Source of the DNA: Eledone cirrhosa
Taxonomy: Eukaryota
Direction of reading: 5' to 3'
NCBI GenBank assembly: GCA_964016885.1
Contig: OZ024740.1
Location: 377,332,001-377,396,000 of the forward strand
DNA length: 64,000 nucleotides
Positions 27,423 through 42,292 of this stretch are shown piece by piece. Below the pieces are notes generated by a model. That model was not told the DNA's origin. It ran no database searches and saw only the letters and a program-made list of their open reading frames with translations. How positions within the stretch are numbered: position 1 is the stretch's first letter; each line of letters starts with the position of its first letter. A program made the translations under genes and the position numbers.

Positions 27423-29649
27423 TACATCTTGAATATATTGTTGACTTTTCAGTTTATTTTGATTTTGGATATTTTTAACCTTTCATGACTAATTTAGAGA
27501 CCTGTGCCGTATTTCATATTTCGTTAAATGCTTGCGGTTTCTGTGTGAACTGCCAGACAAGCGCCTATTATATTTAGTGAATGCAGACGTTATTGTTATG
27601 CCAAATAAACATTGACATATAGTTCTATATGTATATAACTGTACAAAATTTATGGACTGGCTTTCCTGAAATGTCAATTATTTTTCGGGATTTTGGTTAA
27701 AAACAGATTTATCTGTTACCTTTTTTCTTAACGTGTATCACCTATGACATTTCCAATATCACGCTATCCTATTCGCGTGGAATAAAATTTAGACCCGTAA
27801 TGTAATTGTACGTTATTTAGAACTACGATAGCGTTCATTGAGTAATCTTATAATCAACCATGTTCCAGCTGTGAAACTCCATCATTTTTGCAGACAATAT
27901 ATACAGTAGCACATATTCAGACATCTTTAAACTGTTTTAATTTTAAGTTGTAAGGTTCAAAGCTGGACGATAAGTTTGAGAAGATCCCTGAGAAACCGTT
28001 CCTTGAGTTAACTATCTAATATTTTTCTTCTTCGTGTTCAGTTATTCGTACAGAAGCTTTGCTGTATGATATATCAGCAAATATTTGACTGCGAATGCAT
28101 CTCTCTCTCTCGCTAAATGTAAGTAAAAATATAATAATTGCATCTGTTTTGCTTTCGCTGATAGAAATTCTCTAGAACTGAACTATTGGATAATTCTGTG
28201 AGTAGGTGTTTTAGAAATTCATTATTAATGCATAGAATATAAACAGCTGACATGAAATATCTTTGAGCATACCGTAGAAAAACATGAAATAAATTAAATT
28301 TCTTGAACATTTACTTTATATCCTGGACACAAAATTAAATATGGAATACAATTTATCAAATACAGAACACAAAATGTCTGTACATTCAGATATATATTTG
28401 AAATATAAAATTGGTAGTGCTCCACATACATATATTGTGAGACATTTCTGATACTTTTGGTGAATGTGGTTTTGTGAAATATAGTAGCTAAACTATAATG
28501 TTTATAGTTAAACTTTATTTTATAATGGCATTAAAACAATGTCACAACGAAAATTCACTAGTTTAATAATATATACATAAGCAAGCATTTCATTGTTGAT
28601 AAATACATCAGCAAGTGAAAATACACGGCTTAGTTATTCATAATTTTTATTACTTCAATCTTTGTGATATTTAGTTTTCTTACATTTACCAGCAGAATAT
28701 AAGCTGATAGGACTTTGCAAATGAAAGGTGTCTCTTTCTGTTTCAGTTTTATCTTTTTTATCTTAATTTTGAAGACTTACATTAAGTTTTCTTTTTCTAC
28801 AGCTCGACACACTGTGTGTTATATCTCTATCATACGCATATGTGTATGCATACATGCATAAATACGTACGTGTGATAGACATTTTTTATGAAAGTAATGG
28901 TATGATAATGTTATCTATTTTATTTGAAAAATGAACGTTAATCAAGACAAGGACTCTTGTAAATCTATACCATCGGCAATAATTTTATCAAATTATAACT
29001 TGCTCGTTTATAATTACTGAAATGTTTAAGGTTAAAAAAATATTCCACGTGTTGAAACCTATATAAAGAAAATGTCTCGTGAATAGGGTGGATACATCAC
29101 AGTAATCAATTCTTGCGGGTCACGTTTTGTTAGGTTTGCTACGAAGTGTCAATATAACTAATTTTGACACTTTTCACACAATTTATTAGAAATAACTTCT
29201 AATTTGTCAGTAAATTTCAAGGGTTAATTTCTTAACGAAGAAAACCAATAATTGATAATGCCGTTGTAAGTCTTCCATCCAGTTATAATCATTTTCCCTT
29301 AATGTAGTTGTAGCTTAAATGTTGATGTTTATAGGCAGCCCAATATCCTATGTTTCTGTTGTTTTAAAGACAACATTTTTTTATGTAATTCATTCTGCTT
29401 TCAAGAACTGGGTGCTTTTGTTTTGAGAAATGCATATCATATATTAATACGGAATCTGCAGAGTAGGGCGAAACTCTACAAGAGGAATGTGAAGAGAGAT
29501 GTATTACATTATATAATTTTGTTTTTCTCTAACATTCTTGTATAAGTGAGCTCTGAAAGAGTTGTTTTTAATCTTACTTCCATTGAGCTTTTACAGAACA
29601 ACGAAAGCAGGACGTTTCTATCCTGATGTATTGCATATCTGTATATTGA

Positions 29650-29925
29650 CGGCGCATGGTTTAGTGGTTAGAGCACTGATGAGATTGTGAGTTCTATTCC
29701 CAGATGCACTGTTTCTTTTCACGTTGCTCCAGTTTACTCAGCTGTAGAAATGAGTTGTATCGCCCATTACCTTTTTCCCTTTGACAACGTCGATGGCGTG
29801 GAAAGGGAAGACAAGTATGCATGGCTGACTGCTGGTCTTCCACAAATAACCTTGCTCGGACTTGTGCCTTGGAGGGGAACTTTCTGTGTGCAAATCCCTT
29901 GATCATTCGTGATCGAAAGGTGTAT
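29650..29925 (+). mobile_element. tRNA-derived SINE (CORE-like family)
   Basis: ggcgcatggtttagtggttagagc (A box), gagttctattcc (B box), ttcacgttgctccagtttactcagctgtagaaatgagttg; colinear with 37381-37705. Confidence 0.8.
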
Positions 29926-32900
29926 TTTACTTCATATATATATATATATCGATAGTCGATCACTTAAGAAGTGGGGTGCAGCTCGTCAAATCGGAACGAG
30001 GAAACAATGTTTCCATTGGTCTTTCCAATTGCTAATATTATCTGTCGGTCGCAACTCCAGGCAGAAGGAGTAACGTGAAATAAATCCCGGTTTGGGAATC
30101 GTAATCACAACCTCATGATTGCGAATCTAATTCTCTAACCACTCAATTGATATAGTGTGTGTGTGTGGGGGGGGGGGGGGGGTTAATAAAGGTTTGAGGT
30201 ACGAGTTTTCAGCAATCAAGTGATTTTATTCAAGTAACTTTAAGATCTGGATAAATTCTAGTAATTTTAATATCTGGCAATACAGTCAGATTGTTTTGCT
30301 GGTGAGTTCTAATAAGCCTAAAACATATCCTGTGTTGTCATCGTACAGCCGAAGAGGAGACCCTTTATATTTCACGTTTAAATTCCATGTTTTCTCCCCT
30401 GTCTTTCTTGGATAAATTTAGTCGTGACGATAATTATTGTTTCTAATCACTATACCTATAACTTGAATTAGTTAAAATGTGTTGGTTCACCGTTTCAAAT
30501 ATGGTTAGACCCACTTTACTAAATGCTTTTCTTGCAGCAACGAGCCTGTATATTTTCCACATTAAGTTCAATAACCAACTACAACATGGCTCCAATAGCC
30601 CAAAGTCAGCAGCTGGGAAACCGCAAGCCTGCCCAGCAAGACAATTTGCTTGGAACGGAAGAAATAGACGGACCAGGCTGGATGTAATGTTGTTCATCGC
30701 CGCCCGAGTTCACGCCGACTGTCTCAGATCAACTCCCGCGGTGACAACTCCACTGGTTTAAATAGTCTACCTCCAGTAAAAACTACAAAAAACCCATGTA
30801 TCATGCTTCAAATCAGTCACGTGGTCCATTGTTCGTTTTCTATCGCTTTCTTTTGTAGATCTGGAGAGCAGTGTTTCGAATTCGAATGATACCGTTTGCA
30901 GCTGATGATTGACTTTACAATCTCCTTCGTAACACAACTTTTGGGGGCTTGCTGAAGTTTTTCTGTGTTTAGCAACACCGCTATGACTGTGAGCGTGTAT
31001 CTATCCTATACTTTGTAGCGAATCAGAAACTGATTAAGAGCGATGTATTGCAATGTTTCCTTGGGATATATAAATGTTTTGAAAATGGCAACATCTTATT
31101 ACTGTTCAAAGAGTAAAATTCTTCAATGTGTGTTGTTGTCAGCAATATAATTATGTCCTCTACAATATTTATCATTCTGCAGTTATTCATTTGGAACTGG
31201 CTTCATTTCCCTGTGCTCATTTAATATTGCAAGTTGCCCGAGCAGCGTTGAATTCATGCAGAAAATTCTAGCTATCGATTTTTTTGTATCTGAGCACAAC
31301 GTTCTAAAAGATTCATAATGGACCATGAAATGAATAACTTATGAATTTATATGCAAGTTTAACGCTACATGGAATAGCTAGTTATTCAATGTTGTTGTTC
31401 TGGAAATCCCGTAAGTTATTTTACAGTTAGTAAATGATATTATGCAAGCATATATACATGCATGCATGTCTACGTCTTTATATATATGTTCATATGGCCT
31501 TCTTTCTACGGCTATATGCCCTTCCTAACATCAACCACTTCACAGCAACTACTGAGTGCATTTTGTCGTGGCACCAGCACTACCACTTTACAACACGAGA
31601 GCGTTTGTTGTATGGTCGGCTAGGCTTGAAAAGGCAATGATTAAAGTGATATTTGGGATGATAACTATTACTGGTAAGTCGCCTCATACTTTTGTATAAA
31701 CACATCTACCCAACAATACAAACCCACGCACACACACAATATACATACATAGATACTAACGTCTACAAAAACTTGATACCTATAAGTTAAATCTCAAAAA
31801 TATATGCGGCTGAATATTGTATATAAAAGAAGAATATTGCTCAATAGTGGATTTTCTTTACTCGTTCAATGGTACATGTGTGTGACCATATAGTTTCCCT
31901 TTGAAATATTTCGGCTTCTCATAACCACTAAAATTATTTAAATCCAACTTAATGTCGTAAGTACATTTTTTTCGTTCATGAATTAAAGTTTAACATATAT
32001 GTGTAAGCCTAATGCGTGCGTGCGTGCGTGTGTGTGTGTGTGTGATCCACTCCTTAATTTCCACAATCATGACAATGAATAGTCGGTTAACGTTGTTGGA
32101 GTGTCACAATAACATGGATGTCTTAGGTTCAACTCCTATGCTGTCCAGCTTTCGATTTTTCTTGTTTTCGTTTCATTTCTTTATCTTAGGACACATTTTA
32201 TGTTATGGGTTTAAATCCTGCCAAGACGGATTTTTTCTTTATCATGCGAACTTATATAAAACTGGAAATGCCTTTATTTTAAATACTAAATTAATGGAAA
32301 TTAGTGCGTCGATGTCTCATCACAACATGTGTATATATCTTATCACGCCCTATTGGATATTGACATTAAATCAATATGTAAAAAGACAAGCAACAGTGTG
32401 CGTAGATCGGAAAATAGTGGAATTGAGGTGCCTGGGTTCACTTTCTCCTTCTCCAGGATTATATTACTAGAATTTCTTCAATTCTTGTTATAGTCATTGA
32501 CTATTATAATAGTCATTTGCGTTGGGACGTACATATTTCAAATTTTGAATGGGTGTGTGTGTTTACTTTTAAGTTAGAGTAATAACTTGATCGATTTCTA
32601 TGTGTCGAACTGATACGCTACGGTACACAAAACACAATACTGTTTCTTAAGTAGTCTGAACATAAGGTCACGGACATGTTCACACAGGCTGACTAATAAT
32701 AGCACGTCCTCTCTCTCCTAACGATTCTTTTCTTCTTTTACTTTTTTACTCTCATCTGTCTTCCTTTTTCCTAAATATCCTCTTTTTTCTCTCTCTATCT
32801 TTCGATGAAAGACGAGCGCCCGAAAGATTTACACTCTTTTTCCGACTATAGAAAGTGTTAAACTAATACACCCTCAGTGCATTGTATTGTTCTCCTGTGT

Positions 32901-32958
32901 TGTTCGTCCTTTCTGACTTTCTTATATATATGCCTGTGTGCGTGTGAATATATATATA

Positions 32959-33035
<77 letters not shown>

Positions 33036-33727
33036 ATATTTATCTATATAAGTATGTGTATATGTCTATGTATGTATATAATTATAGTTCTATACAGGGC
33101 GCTAGATTGATATAAACGGATATAGTATATATTCCTTCGGCTTACTAAGATTGATTATAATTCAGGGAAATGTGCGCTCAGTGTTCTTGTGTACCCAGCT
33201 AATGTAAATTGGTATAATGCAAGCATTGTTTCGTGCGAAATAAATCAATAGTGTTATTGATTCCATATTTTATCAGTATAAGCCAGAGCTTTTTTTATCT
33301 TTTGAGAATATTGCGTTCACAGATTGATAGCTACGTAAATAACTATTTACAAGGCGTGTGTACAAGGGCGTGAATGTCTAAGTATGTGTCTATGGATAGG
33401 TTCATAAGAGGTTATATATCTGTTTCAACACTCATCTTAGATAAAAAAAAAATTGATTGGTCCTGAATATGTCCTAACTATTAAAAACATAGTACACCCC
33501 AATTCAAACCTTTTCTATCTCACCCCTCTCTGTTTATTTATCTATCTACCTACTTATCTCCTTCCCCATCTCTGTCTTTGGAAAGAACTACCATGCTATA
33601 CACCCACACAAACATATATATATATATATATATATTAAAGTTGAGACAGTAAACAGAAGACAAAAAAACAACGTGGAAGCGAAGAGGCAGTACAAATGTT
33701 AATATTAGTTTCACGCTTGTGAGTGGG

Positions 33728-33762
33728 GGGGACGTTTCGGGCATAAGCCTTTCATCAGGAGA
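33728..33762 (-). ncRNA. Minimal hammerhead motif of a PLE pseudo-LTR (element ~33635-34095); degenerate relative at 32802-32830(+)
   Basis: Minus strand CTGATGA-A-AGGC ttat GCCC-GAAA-CG-TC with palindromic ACGT. Stem I does not pair, so it is probably decayed. Confidence 0.6.
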
Positions 33763-34099
33763 AAAGTGGGCAGGAAGAGAGTTCCGATGGTGTGTGGGGG
33801 AGTGGTGGAAAGACATTAAAAGGGGGGTAGAGGGTAAAAAATTGAAAATCAAAGAAACAAGGGGTAAAAGGGGGTGAGGCGTGTAGGGGTGGGGGTGGAG
33901 AGGGGAGGCGGAGGGCTGAAGATGATGTGTGTGTATGTGTGTAGGTGTACATGTGTGTGTGGATGTGAAAGTGAGAGTTGGGGGAAGAACGCGGTTCCAT
34001 GTTTGGGTAATAGGGAAACCGGTGTGTACATGGGGTGGAGTATAAGCTGGTGTGTGTGTGTGTGTGTGCGTGTAGATGGAGAGGGATCAGAGGGGGTAT

Positions 34100-34685
34100 A
34101 TAATGTAGAAAAGTAACACGAGTTGATATATATAAACAAATAGTAAAAAGGAAAATGCTGAAGAGATTTTTTTCAGTATAATATCAAAACATTTATTTAT
34201 AAAGTGGGTATTTCCACATTTAATAATGGTACCAGTTTCAACATTATATGCTTTTTCAACTGCGGATCTGCAAAATGCAGTTAAGTTGCATATCTATACG
34301 CACAATAAAAAATGGAAGAAAAATTATTAGTTTTTACATACATATTTAGAGAGGAGAGTTCATACCTCTGTCTGTTGTTGTCCTTCGTTCTCTTTTAGTT
34401 GGCTAACTACTACTTTTAGCCAACTAAAAGAAAACGAAGGACAACCACAGACAGAGGTATGAACTCTCCTCTCTAAATATGTATGTAAAAACTAATAATT
34501 TTTCTTCCCCTGTTTATTATTCGTATAGATTTGCAACTTAACTGCATTTTGCACATCCGCAGTTGAAAAATAATATAATGCTGAAACCGGTACATCCCAC
34601 TTTAAAAATAAATGTTTTGATATTATACTGAAGAAATCTCTCCAGTATTTTCCATTGAAAAATGTTTTTTTCCGTTTTTACTATA
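34100..34685. mobile_element. Palindromic pseudo-LTR pair (~260 bp arms), same family as 14242-14625, each arm with a U3-A8 HHR remnant
   Basis: Axis at ~34405-34415 (ttagttggctaa..ttagccaactaa). HHRs at 34228-34265(-) and 34557-34593(+). Confidence 0.85.
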
Positions 34686-34700
34686 TATATATATATATAG

Positions 34701-34745
<45 letters not shown>

Positions 34746-34938
34746 CATGTGCGTATTTAGTCAGTTATATATGTAAATATATATATTTATATATATAGAT
34801 ATATAGATATATATATACATATAAATGTATATATTTACATGTGTGTGTGTTCGTATATATACATTTATATATATAGATATATATATACATATAAATGTAT
34901 ATATTTACATGTGTGTGTGTTCGTATATATACATACAT

Positions 34939-34986
<48 letters not shown>

Positions 34987-35080
34987 ATATGTGTGTGTGT
35001 ATTTTAAGTTCTATATGATGTGTCCCCGTATCCATCGAGTCAAATCTATTGGGTAATTACTCCCATATTTCAAATAACTT

Positions 35081-35800
35081 TTGTCCCATTTTCTTAAGAA
35101 CTTGGGCAATATAAGTGTTAGCATGACCTCAATTCCTCCCCCTGTAGAGCATAAAAAGATTCCATGCTTAATTGCAAGCTTACATGTCCTACCGCCTTTC
35201 ATATATTATTGGATTAGAGGTTTTCTATTTGACCGCATCATTGCAGTGTATTTTGCCTTATCTTTCTCTGACCCACATTCCATCAATCCTAGTCCACACA
35301 AAGATTTAGTTATGTCTCCCACACTATAACACTATGACTTGATGAGCTACATTATGTTACTTTAGAAATATATACAAACGACATATATTTCATATGTATA
35401 TAATTTTCGGCATACAAACTTCATTCACACACAATCTAGACACCTCCTATCAGACTTACACAAGCTCCAAAGCCATCCTTTAAAGTGGACATGAACGTTT
35501 AGCCTCTTTTAGCAACACCAGCATATAATCGCTACAATATATCATAGAAACAATATGAACTATTCACATCTAAAACCTCCATAGTCGCTACAAATTCTAG
35601 GCTTCACCATTATTATCTTTCGTTAAGATGGTTGTATTTGACTAGTGCGTTCTCCTATGAACTAACTATTTGAATACCATCTTCACTTATGTTCGACCGA
35701 TGCACTAATTCTTCCACTTCTCATCAATCTTGCTGTCTTAAATCGTTCACTAAACACTTTTTCCAATAATTTCTTCATTTCGTTACCAAACTACAATCTC
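35081..35800 (+). pseudogene. Highly decayed CR1/Jockey-like RT remnant
   Basis: LIASL..YWIRGFLFDRIIAV..S....IN......VMSPTL resembles L.SKL...WI..FL..R...V...S....INxGVPQGSVLSPTL. Confidence 0.5.
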
Positions 35801-37380
35801 TAACTGCTCATCTTTTACATTTCAAACTAAAGATGAATCTCATTAATTCCATCAGACTAGAGGTCCCATAAATATAGACATTGCCTCTTCTTCTTCGACT
35901 AATTGTTGAAAAAAATAAGAATAATAATTTCTCCTAACTATGATATAATGGAATAGGTAATTCAAATTTCAACTGTTCTCTCAATTTCAACCTCAGTCTC
36001 GGAAACATGGATCCTAAAATCTTGATTATATACAGACTTGAAATATGATGTTTATGTTTTATACTATCTCGTTTTGAGAAAGACATAGAAATACTTTCAT
36101 TAAAAATGCTCGAAGCGACGATCAATGCTTCTAATACATATCTGTAAAATATAAAATTCAGTTTTACAAGGTTAAGGATGATGATGACTTCGTTGTTTCG
36201 CGGGACATCGACTTAATCAGACATTCTGAGGGAGCAGACTGCCGTAGAAAATTTGAAGTCATTGCCAGCATATTCATTATATATAGATATATGTAATGTG
36301 TGCGCGCGTATATATGTATGCGTGTATATATGTGTGCACGTGTGTGTTGCGAAAATTATTAAACACACTCACAAATTTTTATTTACATATGCATTTTTAA
36401 TATTTTTACAAACCTCTATTTTATGTGCGAGTGCGGTTGTGTCTGTGTATGTAAGTGTATATGAATATGCGTGTGCGTATGTGTACTCGCGAGCGTGTGA
36501 ATCTATGCTAAAAACAAGTGTTATAAACGAAAGTGTCTAAAAGTAGAATTTCAGAAATGTTATTTTCTAAAGAAAATTCATAACTTTCATCATCATCAAC
36601 ACTAACAACCACAGATACTGTAACATAAGATTAAAGAGACATACAGCAGCGTTTAGCTTTATAACATTTCAGCATATTTTTCAGAGGAAAGGGCGAGTTT
36701 TGTTCTGTTTGACTTTGTTTTCTTCTTATCCCCTAAATTTCTGTCTGTCGTTCAGGATTTTCCTTTGACATTTTTTTCTTTAGTGTACTTTTGATGCGTG
36801 TGAATATTCTATCTATCTGTCTATCTATCTACCTATCTCTGTATCTGTCTATCTGACTAGCTAGCCTGCTATGTATATTTTGTTGTTGTTTGTGTGTCTA
36901 TATATCCTTTCCTATATTTATCGTTGCCTCACTATTTCTTTACTTGACTTTATATGACTTTACTTTCTGCCCGCACACAGAGTGAATATGTATATCTCAC
37001 TGAAAACAACTTGAAAGAGTCAGAAAAGATTTTGGTGTGAATGAGACTACGTTCTGCTATATATTATACGAAATGAGTGATCTCAGACATTGCTATTTTG
37101 ACGTATTTATATCGCCCCACGTAGCATGCATCCGAGATAATAATAATTAGCCTTGCAATTAATATAAAACGTTAATGAAATCCACAAAGTATGCAATGTC
37201 ATATTACCTCAGTTTTATCAACTAAAACATTTCTACTTTTATTTCTAACTATTCTATATTCCAAACTAACTTCCTAATCATCTCCTGAAGCTGACAATCT
37301 ACAAAATAGAAAATAATGTTCATAAATCCAACATATTAACAGTTAATGTTAATGTGTTTTTAGTACATCCAAAAGGTGAA

Positions 37381-37705
37381 GGCGCATGAATTAGTGGTTA
37401 GAGCTTCGGACTTCAAACCATGAGGTTGTGAGTTCTATTCTCGGACCAGGTTTTGCGTTGTGTTCTTGAGCAAGACATTTTATTTCACGTTGCTCTAGTT
37501 CACTCAGCTGTAGAAATGAGTTGCGACGTCACTGGTGTCAGCCTTTGCCTTTCTCTTGGACAGCATCGGTGGCGTGTAGAGGAGAAACTGCTATACATAG
37601 GCGACTGCTGGTCTTATACAAACAACCTTGCCCAGACTTGTACCTCGGGGGGGGGAACTTCCTGGATGCAAATCCCATAGTCATTAGGACCGAAGAGGGT
37701 CTTTT
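37381..37705 (+). mobile_element. tRNA-derived SINE (CORE-like family), near full length
   Basis: A/B box-like head, ttcttgagcaagacattttatttcacgttgct, and a 3' part shared with the 29650 copy. An inverted 3' fragment lies at ~9680-9735. Confidence 0.8.
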
Positions 37706-38132
37706 TTATTTGTTATCCAAAAGACACTTAACTTTAGCTAAATTCTCAATGTTTTAATTTGGTAGATACAGCTCCCCATAGCTAGACTATTGCATAACTA
37801 ATGAGTGTTTTGTGAGGTGAACTTCAGAAAATTTAGCATTCTTATCTGTGTCCTTATTGGCTATCTTATCATGATCTTAATTAGTATTGATGTAAGCAGT
37901 GATTACAGGATTGAAGTGGTGGAATTTATGCATTAGTGTATATAAACGTTAAACTCATGATACAAACATAAAGAATTGCCATTCTCCTCTTCTAAAGGAA
38001 CACCTTATAAGGTATAATATATAAAACTTAAATTATATTTCCCGAGATCGTTTAATGAGAGTTGGCAACAATAATTCTTGAGCCCTGTTCTAACTGGAAA
38101 ACCGACCTTCATTACATATTTATGTATATACA

Positions 38133-38166
<34 letters not shown>

Positions 38167-38267
38167 CATACATACATACATACATACATACAATGGAAGT
38201 TGATAATGGATTTTTCCATTTCCATTTAGTTCGACACAATTTTTTTTTACTTGCTCTTTATTTATAT

Positions 38268-38340
<73 letters not shown>

Positions 38341-38724
38341 CGCTCTTTTTTTTTTTTTTCTTTCATCTCTCTTTATTTATTTCTCTCTCACACTTCTTCG
38401 CTCTCTCCCTCTTTCCCTCTTTTCTCTCCCTGCTATTGTATATGACAAAAAACTTCTGTAAATCAATACTAATGTGGTTGCAACAGGATGAGCAGTTTGA
38501 CATTTTTGGTTTGTTTTTCTGTTTGTATTGATAACTGTTCTTACCGGAAAACAATGACCTTCATTATATGTTTATGTACGTACGTATATAGATACATACA
38601 TACTGACACATACACACGCATACATATATACACACAGACGCATATATATATACTTGAGTTTATACACACATATATATATATACTTGTGTGTGCTATGCAT
38701 ACATATATACATACAGACACACAC

Positions 38725-38790
<66 letters not shown>

Positions 38791-40095
38791 TTATGTGCGA
38801 GTGTGTGTATGCGCATGTGTGCGTGTGTGTGGGCGCGTGCGTGCGTCTTGTATTCAGGTGAACACTAACCTCATACTATCATGTGCCATGGCATTGACCA
38901 GGTGTTTATAACATATATGTTGAAAAATAAAGTGCCAATGTTTTTTTTTATTTTTCTAATCATGGTTTTTTCTGTATTTCCCCAAAATTGAGAGAGAAAT
39001 AAACAATCTAAGGGGGTGTGAGAGAAAACATTCGATATTATGTGGAAGAGAGATAGAGAATGAGACTCGCATATATATATATATATAGGAACAAGTATGA
39101 TCCCGACGGCAGAGCGCAAGCCGTTTCGACGGCTAATTGTGGACTAAATAAGAATTGTTAGCCTGGTAAATAAATAGCCGAACTTCTCAGGGGGTAATTC
39201 CATATATGGGAAGATAGTAATTGTCAAAAGGATTGGACAAAAATGTGTTGTAAAGACAGATGATTCCATCATGGCATTTAGTGGAAGGTAGGGGTAGCTG
39301 AACTTGCCGGTAGAACAAAGAGGGAGTGGGGGAAACCCAGTCAAGCGTCGAAAGTGAAATCTATACAGCAGATTCTAAGGATAGTGTATAGAAGGTCGAA
39401 AAAAGTGTACTGGAGAAGAGGAGGGGGGAATTGAAAAAATAGGTAAATCGAGAGTAAACAAAAAAGCCATTATAAAAATGAGGAAATAAATATATAAAAA
39501 AAAACAAATATATAAAAAAACAATTTCTGGTTACTACTCCATCCCCACAATCACCAAATCTCTCATTGTTATTGCTAAGCTATAGAAAAGGTGGAGAAAA
39601 ATGCTAAATACGGGATTGTAGTGAAAGAATTTTATAAAGCCATCTTTACAGGGGGGGGGGGTCCACTGCTATAGTTAGTAGTAATCAGCCAATGCTATCT
39701 TTCAATGACAGGTTAATAAGTTGAGGACAAACATACTAAAAAACTAATACGAAATATTAATTCAGAATGCTAATACATAAATACTAATACAAGAATACTA
39801 ATGCAAAAATACCACTAAGAAATTTAGAAATCACCGAAATGGAGCAGCAACCAGAAAGAAACCAATTATCTGGGGTCTAACACATCTGCTATAAAAAGCG
39901 TAATCGGCCAATTCTATCTTTCGAATACATATATATTCTATCTTTCGAATACATATATATTCGAAAGTGAGGTTTTTTTTTACAAAATGAAAAATAACCG
40001 AGGTGTCCTACACGAGTGAAAGTATAAGGAAAAAACATGAAATCGAAAATGCAACTGGAGTCTTATTTTTAAAAAAATATTTATTTATTTGGTTC

Positions 40096-40131
40096 CTTTA
40101 CCGGTTTCGCAGTTCTTTTGCTTTTCAAAAG
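40096..40131 (-). ncRNA. Minimal type-I hammerhead ribozyme, U3-A8 variant, in a diverged Neptune-type pseudo-LTR (~39590-40900)
   Basis: Minus strand ctt-TTGAAAA-GCA aaagaac TGC-GAAA-CCGG-TA-aag. Confidence 0.78.
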
Positions 40132-40953
40132 TAGAGTTGAGATGGAGGGTCTGTGGTTTTCCTCACATCTGGTTGGTCTTTGAATGTTACTTGTTTTATA
40201 TGGAAAAAGTGGCTCGAAACGCCATGTTTTTAGAGAAGTAATTTGATTGGTTGGTGAATAAATTTCACACCAGTTCGCGTTACATAGTTCCTCAAACAAA
40301 GGTGTGGGGGGGGGGGGGGAACTCAGGTTGTTTTTTCATATATGAATGAAGTTTGGTTGGTTGATACAGTGACGTGAATAAGCACATCAGCTTTCGCGCC
40401 AGTTTGTTTGAATTTCTTTTTACTTAAAAAAAGGTGGCTCACGAAGGATTTTTTTTTTAGAAATGTAATTTGATTGGTTATAAATGAAATTAGGACTGTC
40501 ACGTGAACAAGTTCATTAAATATCGCGCCCGTATTTGGGAATTTAATTTGTAGCCTTTTAGAGAATTTTATGACAAACAAAAGATACTGGTCAAGAGAAA
40601 TGGAATGGGGAGAATTGTTCTGGTTCAGTGAATATGGCTAGTTTGCTGGGGTGTCAGAATTCAGACTTTCTATTGAAATAAATAAAATAGAGATATGTAT
40701 GTTTATTTGTGTGCTTGTGTGTGTGTAGGGGTGTATGTGTGTAGGAGGATTATTATATTAGTAGAAATGGGGGAGGGAGTTGTGTGTGTGTGTATGGATG
40801 TTAAGTGTGTGTGTGTGTGGGAGTATGTTAAGATGGAGAGAATATATATATTTTGCGTGTGTGTATGTGTGTAGGAAAGTGATTCTATTAGTAGAATAAA
40901 TATATATATATTCTATTACATATAGATTCCATTAGTAGAATACATATATATAT

Positions 40954-41011
<58 letters not shown>

Positions 41012-41022
<11 letters not shown>

Positions 41023-41820
41023 TATAAAAAGGAATAATAGATACAATATACCTATTTTTCTTTAGTCCCGACTGTACAGTTTCGCTGGTCACTATGCAAA
41101 ACTGTTATATCATAGATATGTAACATTGTTGTGAGGTAAGCCAGCTTATCAAGAGAGCACCTCAGGGAAGAAAAATATATGTTTATATATACATATAAAT
41201 GTATGTATACACATATATTTGTATACCTCTCATTATTGTCTCTAACTCACTCACGGTAGAGTAACCACGCAAGTATAGTGACTGCTTTCAAGCAAACACT
41301 ATATACACTTCTAGTCAACCTTACCACCCTTCTGTAGCCTATGTATCATATCAATATCTCCCTCCGCCTTCTGAGATATTTTCACTGCTACAAGGGATTA
41401 ATCCCCTTTCTTGACCGGCGTATCATGTGATAGTCTCCCTCCGCCTTTCTGAGATTTTCTCGCATGCTACGGACGTATGTAGTTAGGGCTCTTCCCTGAG
41501 GTGCTCTCTTGATAATCTGGCTTACCTCACAACAATGTTACATATCTATGATATAACATTCTTGCATAGTGACCAGCAAAACTGTACAGTCGGGAATATA
41601 GAAAAAAATAGGTATATTGTATCTATTATTCCTTTTTATAATATTTTACATAACTCTGATATTGTGTCAATTTAATTATTTCGATTATTTTGTCTCTCAT
41701 AATCATAGAGTAACACTGGTTAAGGTCGACAACATACAATCTCACATACTTGTGAAAAATATATGTTTATATATACATGTATATGTATGTATACACATAT
41801 ATTTGTATACCTCTCATTAT
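41012..41820 (+). mobile_element. Non-coding retrozyme-like element: inverted arm plus partial tandem of a ~584 nt unit
   Basis: 41012-41171 is the reverse complement of 41490-41650. 41170-41236 repeats directly at 41754-41820. Confidence 0.82.
41066..41156 (-). ncRNA. Type-I hammerhead ribozyme, U3-A8 variant with long stem II (mutated twin at 41505-41595 +)
   Basis: Minus strand tctc-TTGATAA-GCTGG..(~50 nt)..CCAGC-GAAA-CTGTACAG-TC-ggga, with a GUC site and palindromic stem III. Confidence 0.78.
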
Positions 41821-42003
41821 GTGGATTGGCAGTATCGGTAGAGGCTCGGACGCCATGCTTTGAGGCATAGTTACGGCCCATGCCATTCTGAGTTCAAATC
41901 CCGCCGAGGTTAACTTTGCCTTTCATCCTTACGGGGTCGATAAAATAAAGTACCAGTAATACACTGGGTGATTGCTGGCCTTGTGCCAAAAGTAGAAACA
42001 ATT
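41821..42003 (+). mobile_element. Nin/Deu-like SINE
   Basis: Colinear with 27231-27422. Confidence 0.8.
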
Positions 42004-42079
42004 ATATATATATATATAATGTGTGTGTGTGTATGTATGTATATGTCTCTACATAAACAAACACACATACACACGTCTA

Positions 42080-42292
42080 AACAATGGTTTCAGATTTAGA
42101 CACAAGGCCAACAATTTTTTTTTAGGGGGAGTCGATTAAATTGGCCCCAGTGCATTACTGGTGCTTTATTTTATCGACCCCGTAAAGATGATAGGCAAAG
42201 CTAACCTCGGCAAGATTTGAATTCAGAACGTAAAGAGCTTAACTCTATGCTGCAAAATATGGTGTAAACGATACTGCCAATATACCACTCCT
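42080..42292 (-). mobile_element. Nin/Deu-like SINE, inverted relative to the neighbouring copy
   Basis: tttattttatcgaccccgtaaagatgataggcaaagctaacctcggcaagatttgaattcagaacg is the reverse complement of the family core. Confidence 0.8.

Noticed and set aside
30380-30960. Relatively GC-rich island, possible host exon
   Set aside because: Only short ORFs with no recognisable domain and no convincing splice pair.
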